IMG/VR virus record: IMGVR_UViG_2974625447_000001
Coordinates: 57,808-121,807 of that record
Source of the DNA: Streptomyces virus Yaboi
Lineage: Duplodnaviria; Heunggongvirae; Uroviricota; Caudoviricetes
Length of the DNA stretch: 64,000 bases
Strand: one strand, 5' to 3'
The translations under genes were made by a program, and so were the position numbers. Numbering within the stretch: position 1 is the first letter of the stretch; each line of letters starts with the position of its first letter. This document shows positions 19,882 to 28,878 of this stretch, piece by piece. Below the pieces are notes generated by a model. That model saw only the letters and a list, made by a program, of their open reading frames with translations, was not told where the DNA came from and did not search any database.

Positions 19882-20126
19882 CTTCCGATTAAGTGAGGTA
19901 TCGCATGATTATATGCGGAACAGAAGTCCGTGTAAAGGACGGACGGCCAAAGGTCTCTCCAGAGTATTATGGAGAGAAGGGAGTCGTATTCAAGAGGACC
20001 CGATTCTTGAAGGCTCTTGGTGCCGGTGAATATGAAATTCGCTTCTACGATGATTCTCTAAACAGAATCAATGGAGTCACTGGCGGATTTATTGAAGAAG
20101 ACCTGGAGATTTTGTAATCTCCACCT

Positions 20127-20214
20127 GGAAGTGTTAACGTTGGCAGCGTGGAAGGCTCTTGAAAAGCCTACGGCATAGTGATATGCCGCGTGAGTTCGAA
20201 TCTCACCACTTCCG
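20127..20214 (+). tRNA. tRNA-Ser (anticodon TGA), class II
   Basis: acceptor ggaagtg/cacttcc; anticodon arm aggct-ctTGAaa-agcct; variable-arm hairpin ggcata-gtga-tatgcc; T-arm gtgagTTCGAATctcac. Confidence 0.7.
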
Positions 20215-20470
20215 CTTACCCGGTACAAAAGTGCCGGGCATTTTTATATCTAAGGAATGGAATGAATCCAGAAGAGGAAATTCGCTTCTACGAAAATCTC
20301 AAGAGGGATCTCCCTGGCAAGGAGAGGGAGCTTTCACAGCTTGAGAGATCTATGAGGGGGAAGTCTGGTGACGAATTGAAGAAGATTCGAAACAAGGCTA
20401 CTATTCTCGCAATGGAAATTGGTGGCATGAAGAATACTATGAAGGCCATCAGACACAAGAGAGGGCTTAA

Positions 20471-20863
20471 GTGAGCGCTGCTCTCGTTGGCGTTCTATTG
20501 CACTTTGTTGGTGACTATCTCATCCAGACGGATTGGATGGCCCAATTAAAAACAAAGAGGTGGACACCGGCCATTCTTCACGGAGTGACCTATGGTGTTC
20601 CATTTCTTTTTGTCACGCAGTCATGGCTAGCTCTACTAGTCATCATTGGAACGCATATCATAATTGATCATTATCGCCTGGCTCGACATGTAGTCTGGGC
20701 AAAGAACCAATTGGCTCCGCGCGAGTTTAGATACTCATGGGCCGAAGGTAGCAAGACAGGGTATCGAGATGATGCGCCAGTTTGGCTAACGACCTGGCTC
20801 ATGATCATTGCTGACAACACCATACATGTCACGATCAACACACTAGCCATCCTCTACCTGTGA
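20471..20863 (+). CDS. integral membrane protein
   Basis: 130 aa with 3-4 hydrophobic helices. Confidence 0.4.
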   Translation: MSAALVGVLLHFVGDYLIQTDWMAQLKTKRWTPAILHGVTYGVPFLFVTQSWLALLVIIGTHIIIDHYRLARHVVWAKNQLAPREFRYSWAEGSKTGYRDDAPVWLTTWLMIIADNTIHVTINTLAILYL

Positions 20864-20872
20864 GGGTGGCTT

Positions 20873-21037
20873 TTGTCATGTCACAATCTTGTCATTTCTG
20901 TCATGACATCCTGGTGACATCCTGGTGACATGTCACGGTGACAGTGACACTTCTGTCACGGCGTCTGTCACGGTGTCACACATTGCGAAATGTCACGGTG
21001 TCACTCTGTCACATCTGTCATTTTCTCATTTGTCACG
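20873..21037. repeat. dense array of about 20 TGTCAC/GTGACA/TGTCAT hexamers (direct and inverted)
   Basis: tgtcatgtcac...tgtcat..tgtcatgacat..ggtgacatcctggtgacatgtcacggtgacagtgacac..tgtcacg..tgtcacggtgtcac..tgtcacggtgtcac..tgtcac..tgtcat..tgtcacg; includes palindromes GTGACATGTCAC and TGTCACgGTGACA. Confidence 0.8.
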
Positions 21038-21768
21038 CGCCCGGCGGCGGGCGGCGGAGGGGTTCTGCCTTTGTCGTTCTCTATATACTAAGAAGAAGCA
21101 AGGGAAGGGGTGACTTGACAGAGCAGGAGAGACCTGTTAAGGTAAATTATACTGGGAAGAGAAAAGAAAAAGAGTAACTTAAATCGATCTTCAAATCGAT
21201 AAGAGATAATAATATAGGGATATTATATATGAGACTGTTCGAGCTGCACAGAGATATTGATTCATCAGGCGTCAGCGGCACAGGCATCGTTGCTCAGGGT
21301 GTAGAGTTTGACAACGGGCAGTGCGCTATGTCATGGTTGTCTCAGTGGACCTCAGTCGCCTTGTATCCAGACATTGAGACGCTGGAAGCGATTCATGGAC
21401 ACAACGGCAACACTCGTGTAGTATGGCTAGAAGACGACGAAGACTACTGGGCAGGCTATCAGTCAGCTCCAGTCCGACCTTGAGGATCTAAATGTTCAAT
21501 GGCTTCGGTGAGTTCCTTGACATGGTTGACAAGGGTATGGCACAGTGGGAAGCAGAACAAGAAAAGATTCGTGAAGCATTCAAGGATGGTGTAACCGTCG
21601 AGTTTGAAGACGGAGAAGTGCGAGAGTACGGACCGTTTGACAAGCCCTCACCTTGATGCTACTGTAGTTAGTAGGTGGTCAGCCATAAGGCGGTAACGTT
21701 GAATTGGCCCGCCACTCGTGAGTAAGTTATCCCTACGCCTTGGCGGAGAATCCCTGCTTGCTCACTAT

Positions 21769-21845
21769 GGCCTCTGGGACTGCTAGGTTGTGGTCACTGC
21801 CCTGTCAAGGCAGACATCAGGCGGGTTCGATTCCCGTAGGGGTCG
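21769..21845 (+). tRNA. tRNA-Asp (anticodon GTC)
   Basis: acceptor ggcctct/aggggtc; anticodon arm ctgcc-ctGTCaa-ggcag; T-arm gcgggTTCGATTcccgt. Confidence 0.6.
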
Positions 21846-22086
21846 CTTCTGTAACCAATATAAGGGAAAATAATGGCCAATAGCGAATGGCATGTTAAGG
21901 GCACCATTAAGGTAAATGGCAAGAATGATGTCGTTGATGACATTGTTACTGCTCCTTCTGCTGAGAAGGCTAAGAGAGTCATGTATGATCGACTTGAGAG
22001 CATGAAGGGCGGCCCAGTTACATACACTGATCTCAAGATTACTAGTGTTCGTCTGTATCGGCGATAATATTGCCCTTCGGGGCTAA

Positions 22087-22157
22087 CCCGGCGTAGTGTA
22101 ATGGAAACACGATTCGTTGTCAGCGAATTATCGAGGGTTCGATTCCCTTCGTCGGGA
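22087..22157 (+). tRNA. tRNA-Asp (anticodon GTC)
   Basis: acceptor cccggcg/cgtcggg; anticodon arm attcg-ttGTCag-cgaat; T-arm gagggTTCGATTccctt. Confidence 0.7.
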
Positions 22158-22232
22158 CTTTTGGGTCGAATGACTATCGGTTATCTGTCTATGAAACAGA
22201 CTGAAACACGGTTCGAATCCGTGGCTTGCTTT
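22158..22232 (+). ncRNA. tRNA-like element X2 abutting tRNA-Asp, candidate Y-RNA-like/tRNA-mimic near rsr
   Basis: starts cTTTTGGGTCGAATG, contains hairpin gtct-atgaaac-agac and T-arm-like acacgGTTCGAATccgtg but no pairable acceptor; homologous to X1. Confidence 0.35.
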
Positions 22233-22713
22233 GGATGCTAGGTTTACGGTCGATGTCAACAACTTACCCATACAATTTTATATCGGGCCGAAGAGTATCG
22301 ATTATCTTACACTGCAAATGAAAGATCGATATTCACCAACTTGCCCGATCTTTTCATTTCTACGAAAGGATCAAAGGTTGGACACCGAAGCGCGCATCGC
22401 ACGTTTCAAGGAGCTTTGGCAATCAGGCGAAAGCTATTGGGCAGAAGACATTGTTGATGAAATCAATGGTGAGCTGTCAGACGATGAGTTCAAGCTGAGG
22501 CATGTAGATCAAATCGAAGAGGACACCTCTCGATGGATGGATCACATGTTGGATATCGTTGAAATTAACGAAGGTGTCTTCGTTGGAGTACGCTGGGAAA
22601 GCGGCAAGACGGAGATGCAAGAGAATATGTATGAAGACGATTCCGTCTATCTGCTTGAGCGAGTAGAGAAGGTCATCACTACTGTTGAGTGGAATGATCT
22701 AAAGACTCTCTAA
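22231..22713 (+). CDS. hypothetical acidic protein upstream of Ro60
   Basis: 160-aa ORF. Confidence 0.4.
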   Translation: MDARFTVDVNNLPIQFYIGPKSIDYLTLQMKDRYSPTCPIFSFLRKDQRLDTEARIARFKELWQSGESYWAEDIVDEINGELSDDEFKLRHVDQIEEDTSRWMDHMLDIVEINEGVFVGVRWESGKTEMQENMYEDDSVYLLERVEKVITTVEWNDLKTL

Positions 22714-22748
22714 TATCAATTGCCCTAAAAGGGCCGGAAAGGAAAGAA

Positions 22749-24374
22749 ATGTCCAACGCACTAACTAACGCCGCAAAGGCAGCAAACAAGACTTCTCAGT
22801 CAATGAAGGCTAAGGCTGGACAGGTTAAGAACAACGCTGGTGGATTCGTCTTCCAGGTTTCTGACCAGGCCCGCCTTGAGCGTTTCCTTATTCTGGGAAC
22901 TGACGGAGGAACGTACTACGTCAATGAGGTTAACCACACTCAGAAGAACGTAGATTTCCTTAACGAGTTTATTGCTCGTGACGAAGCTGCTGTCCTGAAC
23001 ACGATTGTTGATGTCTCTGTCAATGGCCGTGCATACAAGCAGTCTCCAGCCCTTTTCGCCCTTGCTTCTGTTATTGTCAATGGCAAGGACAAGCAGGCGG
23101 TAAAGGCTGTATTCAACAAGGTCGTAAGGACTGCTACTCATCTCTACGAGGTGGTTAACTACCTTAACGAGCTTGGTGGATGGGGTCGCGCAAAGCGCGA
23201 GATCGTGGCTGGCTGGTTCGATAGGGACGCTGATAAGCTTGCTTATCAGGCAGTCAAGTATCGTTCCCGTAAGTTCGGTGGCAACACCTGGACGCTACGA
23301 GACGTGATGCGAAAGGCTCATCCACAGAACGTTGATGCGAATGTAGCTGCCTTTATCACAAAGGGGGATGTTGTAACAGACTCTCCAGTTGCGATTAAGG
23401 GTTTCGCCCGAATGCAGAAGGCAACTTCTGTTGAGGAAGTCCACAGCGTTCTTCGTGAATACGAGATGCTTTCATGGGAGACAATTCCAACACAGTTCCT
23501 CACGGATGCCAGTGTTTGGAAGCGACTCTTTGCTAATGGTCAGCTTCGCGGCCAGGCTGCTGTTCGAAACATCACTCGCCTTGCGCGTATTGGTGCCTTC
23601 AAGGATATGCGTTTCGCTGCGAACTTTGCTAGCCAGCTAACGAATGAGGAAATGATTCGTCAGTCTCGACTGCACCCAATCAACTTCCTTAACGCTGCCG
23701 TTGTTTATGCGGAAGGCCAGGTGGATCGAAAGACCTACTATGGTGGTCGTGTGAAGAACTGGGAGACTGAGGGCGTTATTGTCGATGCTATCGATGAGGC
23801 GTTTCACAAGTCATTCAAGACCATTGAGCCAGCGGGAAAGAGGACGATGCTCGCCATCGACTGTTCCGGTTCAATGAGTGCACTTGCGTCAGGTCTCGAT
23901 CTAACTTGTGCACAGGTCGCTGCTGCAATGGCAATGACTGTTGCACGTACTGAGCCAGCTCACATTATTCGTGGCTTCTCCAGCGCGGGTTACAACTGGC
24001 GTGACAGTGGTCTAGCTGAGCTAAAGATTACCGGCCGTTCCTCTCTTGCCCAGGCAATGAGTGAGATGCGAAAGGTGAACTGGGGCGGAACTGACTGCTC
24101 ACTGCCAATGACGTGGGCTCTTGAGAACAGGGTTGAAGTTGACACCTTTGTTGTTATCACTGATAACGAGACATGGGCTGGAAAGATTCACCCATTCCAG
24201 GCTCTCAAGCAGTATCGCAAGAGCATGGGAATCGATGCGAAGCTTGCTGTTCTAGGAGTTTCTGCAACTGATTTCTCTATCGCTGATCCAAGTGATCGCG
24301 GCATGATGGATTTCGTTGGCTTTGATAGCAACGCTCCACGTGTTCTGGCTGACTTCTCTGCGGGTCGTCTCTGA
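22749..24374 (+). CDS. rsr: Ro60/TROVE-domain RNA-binding protein (Rsr homologue) with C-terminal vWA
   Basis: 541 aa; N-terminal RLERFLILGTDGGTYYV matches Ro60 RLHRFLCFGSEGGTYYI; PALFALASV matches Ro60 PMLFALAIC; C-terminal vWA MIDAS LAIDCSGSMS; RBS ggaaaggaaag; terminator 24376-24405. Confidence 0.85.
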   Translation: MSNALTNAAKAANKTSQSMKAKAGQVKNNAGGFVFQVSDQARLERFLILGTDGGTYYVNEVNHTQKNVDFLNEFIARDEAAVLNTIVDVSVNGRAYKQSPALFALASVIVNGKDKQAVKAVFNKVVRTATHLYEVVNYLNELGGWGRAKREIVAGWFDRDADKLAYQAVKYRSRKFGGNTWTLRDVMRKAHPQNVDANVAAFITKGDVVTDSPVAIKGFARMQKATSVEEVHSVLREYEMLSWETIPTQFLTDASVWKRLFANGQLRGQAAVRNITRLARIGAFKDMRFAANFASQLTNEEMIRQSRLHPINFLNAAVVYAEGQVDRKTYYGGRVKNWETEGVIVDAIDEAFHKSFKTIEPAGKRTMLAIDCSGSMSALASGLDLTCAQVAAAMAMTVARTEPAHIIRGFSSAGYNWRDSGLAELKITGRSSLAQAMSEMRKVNWGGTDCSLPMTWALENRVEVDTFVVITDNETWAGKIHPFQALKQYRKSMGIDAKLAVLGVSATDFSIADPSDRGMMDFVGFDSNAPRVLADFSAGRL

Positions 24375-24375
24375 G

Positions 24376-24405
24376 CAAAACCCCTCTTCGGAGGGGTTTT
24401 TTGCT
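24376..24405 (+). terminator. rho-independent terminator after rsr
   Basis: aaaacccctcttcggaggggttttttgc. Confidence 0.7.
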
Positions 24406-25325
24406 ATACTAGATAGATGATTAGTAAAGAAGAACGAAAACAATTGAAGCTTGCAAGGTCAAAGGCAGAACTTGTAAGAACCGTAACGAGCATCTTCCAG
24501 ATGATTATTGGATCTGCCACCCTCATCATTCTGGTCTATGTCAACTTCGGACGTTGACAAGTCGTCGGGGGTACGCTACCTTAGAGACATGAACAGAGAG
24601 ACACCAGGAGTGACGCTCTCTAGCCTGTTCCGAATGATCTTTCAGAGATCTGCTAAGGAGCGCCCGGCGGCAGTAGAGTCCACTTGTGGTCATTGTAAAA
24701 CCAAGTACAATGTCAACGTAGGGCATATGTGTCCCTACATCAAAGAACTCTATACTAAGCTGAGGGAAGAATGAACTACACAAGCCGAACCTATCGATTC
24801 AGTGGTTCCAACAAGTTGGCAGATGAAATCGCGTACCTTGCGGTAAAGAATCACCTTCGTGTCAGCACTAGGACTTCAACTGGTCTTCTAAGGAAGAACC
24901 ACATGTTCGTCGTCTTTGGCGACACTGACGGCCTTGGTCGATTTGAATCTGAGATGGAAAACGCCAAGCGGAGGATCAAGTGACATTTGAGCAGAAGTTC
25001 AAGAAGGCGTTCCGAGAGGTTCGTAAGCACGACGTAGCGGCCAAGATGCAGGTCTGGGAGTGTTGCAGGGGCTGTATCGGAAAGGAAAAATTGGGCATGG
25101 CCTCCGACGCCGACCCGTATGTTTACACATATGCAGGTCAGGGTTCAAGGCTTCGGTTCAATGGCGATTCAGTAGTGTATGCTGACAGTCGTCGGGCCGT
25201 TCCTCACATCTACGTTTATCACGGAAACGGCGGCGGCGAGAGGTTTGCCGAGGTTGCCAAGTCCCTTGGTCTTGATGTAGAGTGGGATGGAAGCAAGTGG
25301 CAGGCAATCGTAGTAAAGGTGCCCA

Positions 25326-25643
25326 ATGAAGAACTGTCCGATCTGCGATAAAGACAAGAAGCTCGATGAATTTGGAAGGCAGATAACAAATCCTTCCAAG
25401 TTCTACAAGTGGTGTCGTGATTGCAGGCTCTCGATGGCCAGACGGAAGAGAAACGACTTTAACGAGGGTCGAGAGCTTCGATCAAAGACTGTTCAGCTAA
25501 GAAAGCTGACAGACGCACAGGTTGTAGAAGTCAAACTTCTTGCCGAATGGAACACTCCATATTCAGAAATTGCACAACAGTATGGAGTTTCTGCAACTAC
25601 AATTTCAAAGGTCGTAAACAAGGGATATGCAAACGTTTACTGA
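25326..25643 (+). CDS. zinc-ribbon plus HTH putative transcription regulator
   Basis: CPICDK...CRDC zinc ribbon; C-terminal HTH LTDAQVVEVKLLAEWNTPYSEIAQQYGVSATTISKV. Confidence 0.45.
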   Translation: MKNCPICDKDKKLDEFGRQITNPSKFYKWCRDCRLSMARRKRNDFNEGRELRSKTVQLRKLTDAQVVEVKLLAEWNTPYSEIAQQYGVSATTISKVVNKGYANVY

Positions 25644-27354
25644 CATGACTGGTCGTCCGCTTAATGTGGGCGATAAAGTCATTTTCGCGCGGCCACAAGG
25701 TGGCAATTCAAAGGGGGGATTCCTGGATTCAGGAGAGATCACCAAGATGAATCCAGAGACTAACTACATCTCAATCCGTGTTGACAGCGAGCCTGAGACT
25801 CGGTACAGTAAAAGAGTGGTTGGAACTCCTTACCACATGAAGAAGTTCTATAAGCTGGAGGGCTAATGTCTAATAGCTGGTTTCATGCCGTAAGCAGCTC
25901 ACGTAAGTGGGGCGGCAAGCCAGAAGACTATCTCCACATTCATGAGTGGATTGATGGATCAAAGGCTCATTTTGGTGACGCTCGTCACCGGGCGCTTCGC
26001 CATCACACCGAAGGATGCTGGGAAGCCGAACGTGTCTTCGGGCCTACCATTACAGTAGAAAAGAAGAACGGTATGGGCACTCATCAGGTTCCTGTTAGGG
26101 AAATTGCAGAGCAGCACGTTTTTGAGGATCTGGGACGTATCCCTAGCCTCGCTGACTGGCTGGAGTGCATGACCTTGAAGACCTGGATGGGTGGAAAGAT
26201 CAAGAAGTTCCTAGGACGCGAGGACGTTCTAAACAACGTTGTTAAGGATGCTAAGTGAGCGAAGTAGAAGAAGTAACCGGACGCCCAATCACGGGTGATC
26301 GTCAGTACGCCTCAAGCCATATGGTTGAGCAGCGTGATCCACGAGAGTTCATTGAGGCCATGGATGCTGTACTTGCGCATCCCAATGTGGTTGCTGTAAA
26401 GTGGACTCAGTACACACCAGGCTTCAATGATGGTGAGCCATGTACTTTTGATGGTCATTCACCAGAGGTAAAGCTTGTTGGCTTCACCGATGTCGATGAG
26501 GGCGTTGAGCTGGAGTCAGGAGATTATCTCGATGACTCAGAAGATGGCACATGGCTATCAGAGTATGATCTCTATCAGTATCGAAATGAGGCCGGTGAAG
26601 TAGATTACCGTAATGGTAAGCGAGTCTACGAGGTATGTGGACTAGACACTACTGAAATCTCTAAGCTACTTGGAGACTTCGAATCCGCTGTAACAAGTGG
26701 TGCACACGATGTATGGATGAACACTAACTTTGGTGATCCTGCGGAAGTCGTTGCCACACCAGAGGGTTTTGAGGTAGAGTATTACGAGTGCGGCTACTGA
26801 GGAGTTAAATGTCAATTGAGAAGGTGGATGCAGATCGCATCCTAGATGTTCTAGCGAGTCAGGTTGACGGAGACTGGAATGATGGTCTAGAGTGTTATGT
26901 GAGCGCATCTCACGATGGCGAGACCTTGAAGGTAACCATCACAGACGATGATGACAAGAAGAAGGTTTTCTACCTCACGCTCGAATCTGACTGATCTTTA
27001 GAATCTCATCTGTAGTACAATGGACACCGAAGGAGGTGTTATCATTGGCTTACATTGAGATCAACAGTTTCCATTTTGACACGGAGACTGGTAACATTAT
27101 CGTACAGTTCAGTAGACCTGTTAATGTATCTTATGAACATGAGGACATTGCTCAGGCTTATGAGAATCTTGAGGGCGAGCTATACCTTGACGCAAGCACA
27201 TCAGTGATTGGTAACTGGTGGCCAGCTTCTCTTGATGGTACGATTCAGCAGGGCCAGTCAGGAAGACAGGTTGGGCAGACTAGGAACGTAGTCCCTGATG
27301 TTCCTCTCCAGCCAGTTCCCACGTCAGAAGATGTTCCTCAGCCAGAGGAGTGAC

Positions 27355-27383
27355 TTGACAGTCTAGATCGTAACATGTAGACT
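27355..27383 (+). promoter_or_regulatory. sigma-70-like promoter TTGACA-N17-TAGACT
   Basis: acTTGACAgtctagatcgtaacatgTAGACTagt upstream of the tRNA-Glu cluster. Confidence 0.5.
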
Positions 27384-27427
27384 AGTAACACAGCGCAGGA
27401 CGGAGCGCAGCAATTAAATCCGTTCAT

Positions 27428-27503
27428 GCCCCGGTAGGATAGTCCGGTCCAATCCGCCAGACTCTCAATCTGGAAATCACGGGTTCAAATCCCGTTCGGG
27501 GTG
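27428..27503 (+). tRNA. tRNA-Glu (anticodon CTC)
   Basis: acceptor gccccgg/tcggggt; D-arm ggat-11nt-atcc; anticodon arm ccaga-ctCTCaa-tctgg; T-arm acgggTTCAAATcccgt. Confidence 0.65.
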
Positions 27504-27758
27504 CGTGCCAGCAAAGATACCAACCCAAATAGAAGCAAGAATAGTAGTGGCCATCTTAAGTGGAATTATTGGCGCACTACTATCAAGCATCCTCTTAATG
27601 GGTTGCATTGCAGAAGGCAATGAAACGAGCAAGATGAAAGCTTGTGTCTCCAAGAATATGGAGTGGGTAAACGCGCCCGGTGGCCCTGAGTGCAGGAAGC
27701 CACTTGACAGACTACCTGAACCAAGCTACAGTAGTACAAGTAAGCCAGAGTAAAGCAA

Positions 27759-27830
27759 GCCCCCATCGTCTAGTGGCCAGGATCTGAGACTTTCAATCTC
27801 AAGAGGAGGGTTCAATTCCCTCTGGGGGTA
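27759..27830 (+). tRNA. tRNA-Glu (anticodon TTC)
   Basis: acceptor gccccca/tgggggt; D-arm gtctAGTGGCCAggat (Glu-like); anticodon arm tgaga-ctTTCaa-tctca; T-arm gagggTTCAATTccctc. Confidence 0.75.
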
Positions 27831-27898
27831 CGTGGGCCGTGACGCAACAAACTCTTTAAGAGAAAATCCTATGACGTACGCATAGGAACACGGCTTAT

Positions 27899-27971
27899 GC
27901 GGGTGTCGTCTAGCGGCAAAGGCTCCTGCCTTACAAGCAGGTAATCGGAGGTTCGAGTCCTCTCACCCGTA
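27899..27971 (+). tRNA. tRNA-Val (anticodon TAC)
   Basis: acceptor gcgggtg/cacccgt; anticodon arm cctgc-ctTACaa-gcagg; T-arm ggaggTTCGAGTcctct. Confidence 0.7.
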
Positions 27972-28013
27972 CTGCGCCAGGGTCGGTTTAACTGCCGGTT
28001 CTGTACGCGCATT

Positions 28014-28091
28014 GGGTCTGACAGGTGTGACGTTACTGAAAGCCGACAATGGACCGGTAACGGATAGTGGGTTCGACTCCCACCAGATCCA
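28014..28091 (+). tRNA. tRNA-like gene, anticodon undetermined (atypical middle region)
   Basis: acceptor gggtctg/cagatcc and T-arm gtgggTTCGACTcccac are canonical. The interior has a 6-bp stem cgttac/gtaacg around a 20-nt loop that contains AATGG, with no 5-7-5 anticodon arm. Confidence 0.35.
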
Positions 28092-28112
28092 CAAGTGATT
28101 TATTCACTATAT

Positions 28113-28187
28113 GCTCCCATAGCCCAATTGGCAGGAGGCACAAGGCTTAGACCCTTGGTAGTGTCAGTTCGAATCTGACTGGGAGTA
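28113..28187 (+). tRNA. class-I tRNA with anticodon TAG (Leu-type anticodon, short variable arm)
   Basis: acceptor gctccca/tgggagt; D-arm gcccAATTGGCAGGaggc; anticodon arm caagg-ctTAGac-ccttg; T-arm gtcagTTCGAATctgac; A73. Confidence 0.55.
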
Positions 28188-28200
28188 CGTAAGAAATGAT

Positions 28201-28281
28201 GGGCTCGTGGTGGAATGGTATACACGCCAGTCTTAGGAACTGGTGCCGAAAGGATTGTGAGTTCGAGTCTCACCGGGCCTA
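28201..28281 (+). tRNA. tRNA-Leu (anticodon TAG), class II
   Basis: acceptor gggctcg/cgggcct; anticodon arm ccagt-ctTAGga-actgg (G37); 13-nt variable arm; T-arm gtgagTTCGAGTctcac; A73. Confidence 0.65.
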
Positions 28282-28334
28282 CTTTGACTAACATCCGGAG
28301 TTAGTCAAATGCATATTGGGTCGCTCCCAATGTG

Positions 28335-28448
28335 AGGAGTGTAGTTTAATTGGCAAAACCGCGAAATGCACTGCCGAAAGTGATGTGGCGTAGCCCGCAG
28401 TGAGTAGGTAACAGAGTAGCAGTTGCGGGTTCGAGTCCCGTCGCTCCG
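28335..28448 (+). ncRNA. tRNA-like RNA with about 40-nt internal insertion (pseudo-tRNA or insertion-containing tRNA)
   Basis: 5' acceptor-like aggagtg plus canonical D-arm gtttAATTGGCAaaac; 3' T-arm gcgggTTCGAGTcccgt plus cgctccg; 64 nt between them with no anticodon arm. Confidence 0.3.
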
Positions 28449-28585
28449 CTAGCCTGAGACGACGATCCGATGTAGGTCCCCTAGGGCTTGCGCAGGCCCG
28501 AAGGGCATTCGGGAAAGGTTCCTAGCTAGGTCCGTCTATCAATAGGGTGAGAGTTTTGACAGTTTCCTCATAATAAACTGTCCCC

Positions 28586-28657
28586 GGTCCTTTGGCAGAG
28601 AAGGTAATGCACTCGGTTGAAGCCCGAGATATCTCAGTTCGATTCTGAGGGGGACCA
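28586..28657 (+). tRNA. tRNA-Phe (anticodon GAA)
   Basis: acceptor ggtcctt/ggggacc; anticodon arm ctcgg-ttGAAgc-ccgag; T-arm ctcagTTCGATTctgag. Confidence 0.7.
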
Positions 28658-28730
28658 CAATGAGTAGGCAGGGAACGGTTCGATTCCGTGTTTCGCGCGT
28701 TGGTGTATGGTGCATAGGCTTGCTCAGTAA

Positions 28731-28801
28731 TCCGCAGTAGTATAATGGTAGTACGTCACTTTGCCAAAGTGATAGCGCGAGTTCGATTCTCGTCTGCGGG
28801 A
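28731..28801 (+). tRNA. tRNA-Gly (anticodon GCC)
   Basis: acceptor tccgcag/ctgcggg; D-arm gtatAATGGTAgtac; anticodon arm tcact-ttGCCaa-agtga; T-arm gcgagTTCGATTctcgt. Confidence 0.75.
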
Positions 28802-28878
28802 CTTTGCTGGAAGATGATAGACTCTGGGGAAGGCCAGATAAATAACGAAAGCGCGGTGCGAGTCCGCCAACAGCGTAT

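Noticed and set aside
20925-21177. ORFs 20925-21113 and 20938-21177
   Set aside because: They read through the TGTCAC repeat array (HGDSDTSVTASVTVSH...), an artefact of the repeats
21727-21845. Alternative 118-nt tRNA using acceptor tccctac at 21727 (intron-containing tRNA)
   Set aside because: A normal 77-nt tRNA-Asp with acceptor ggcctct/aggggtc fits perfectly; the longer version is unnecessary
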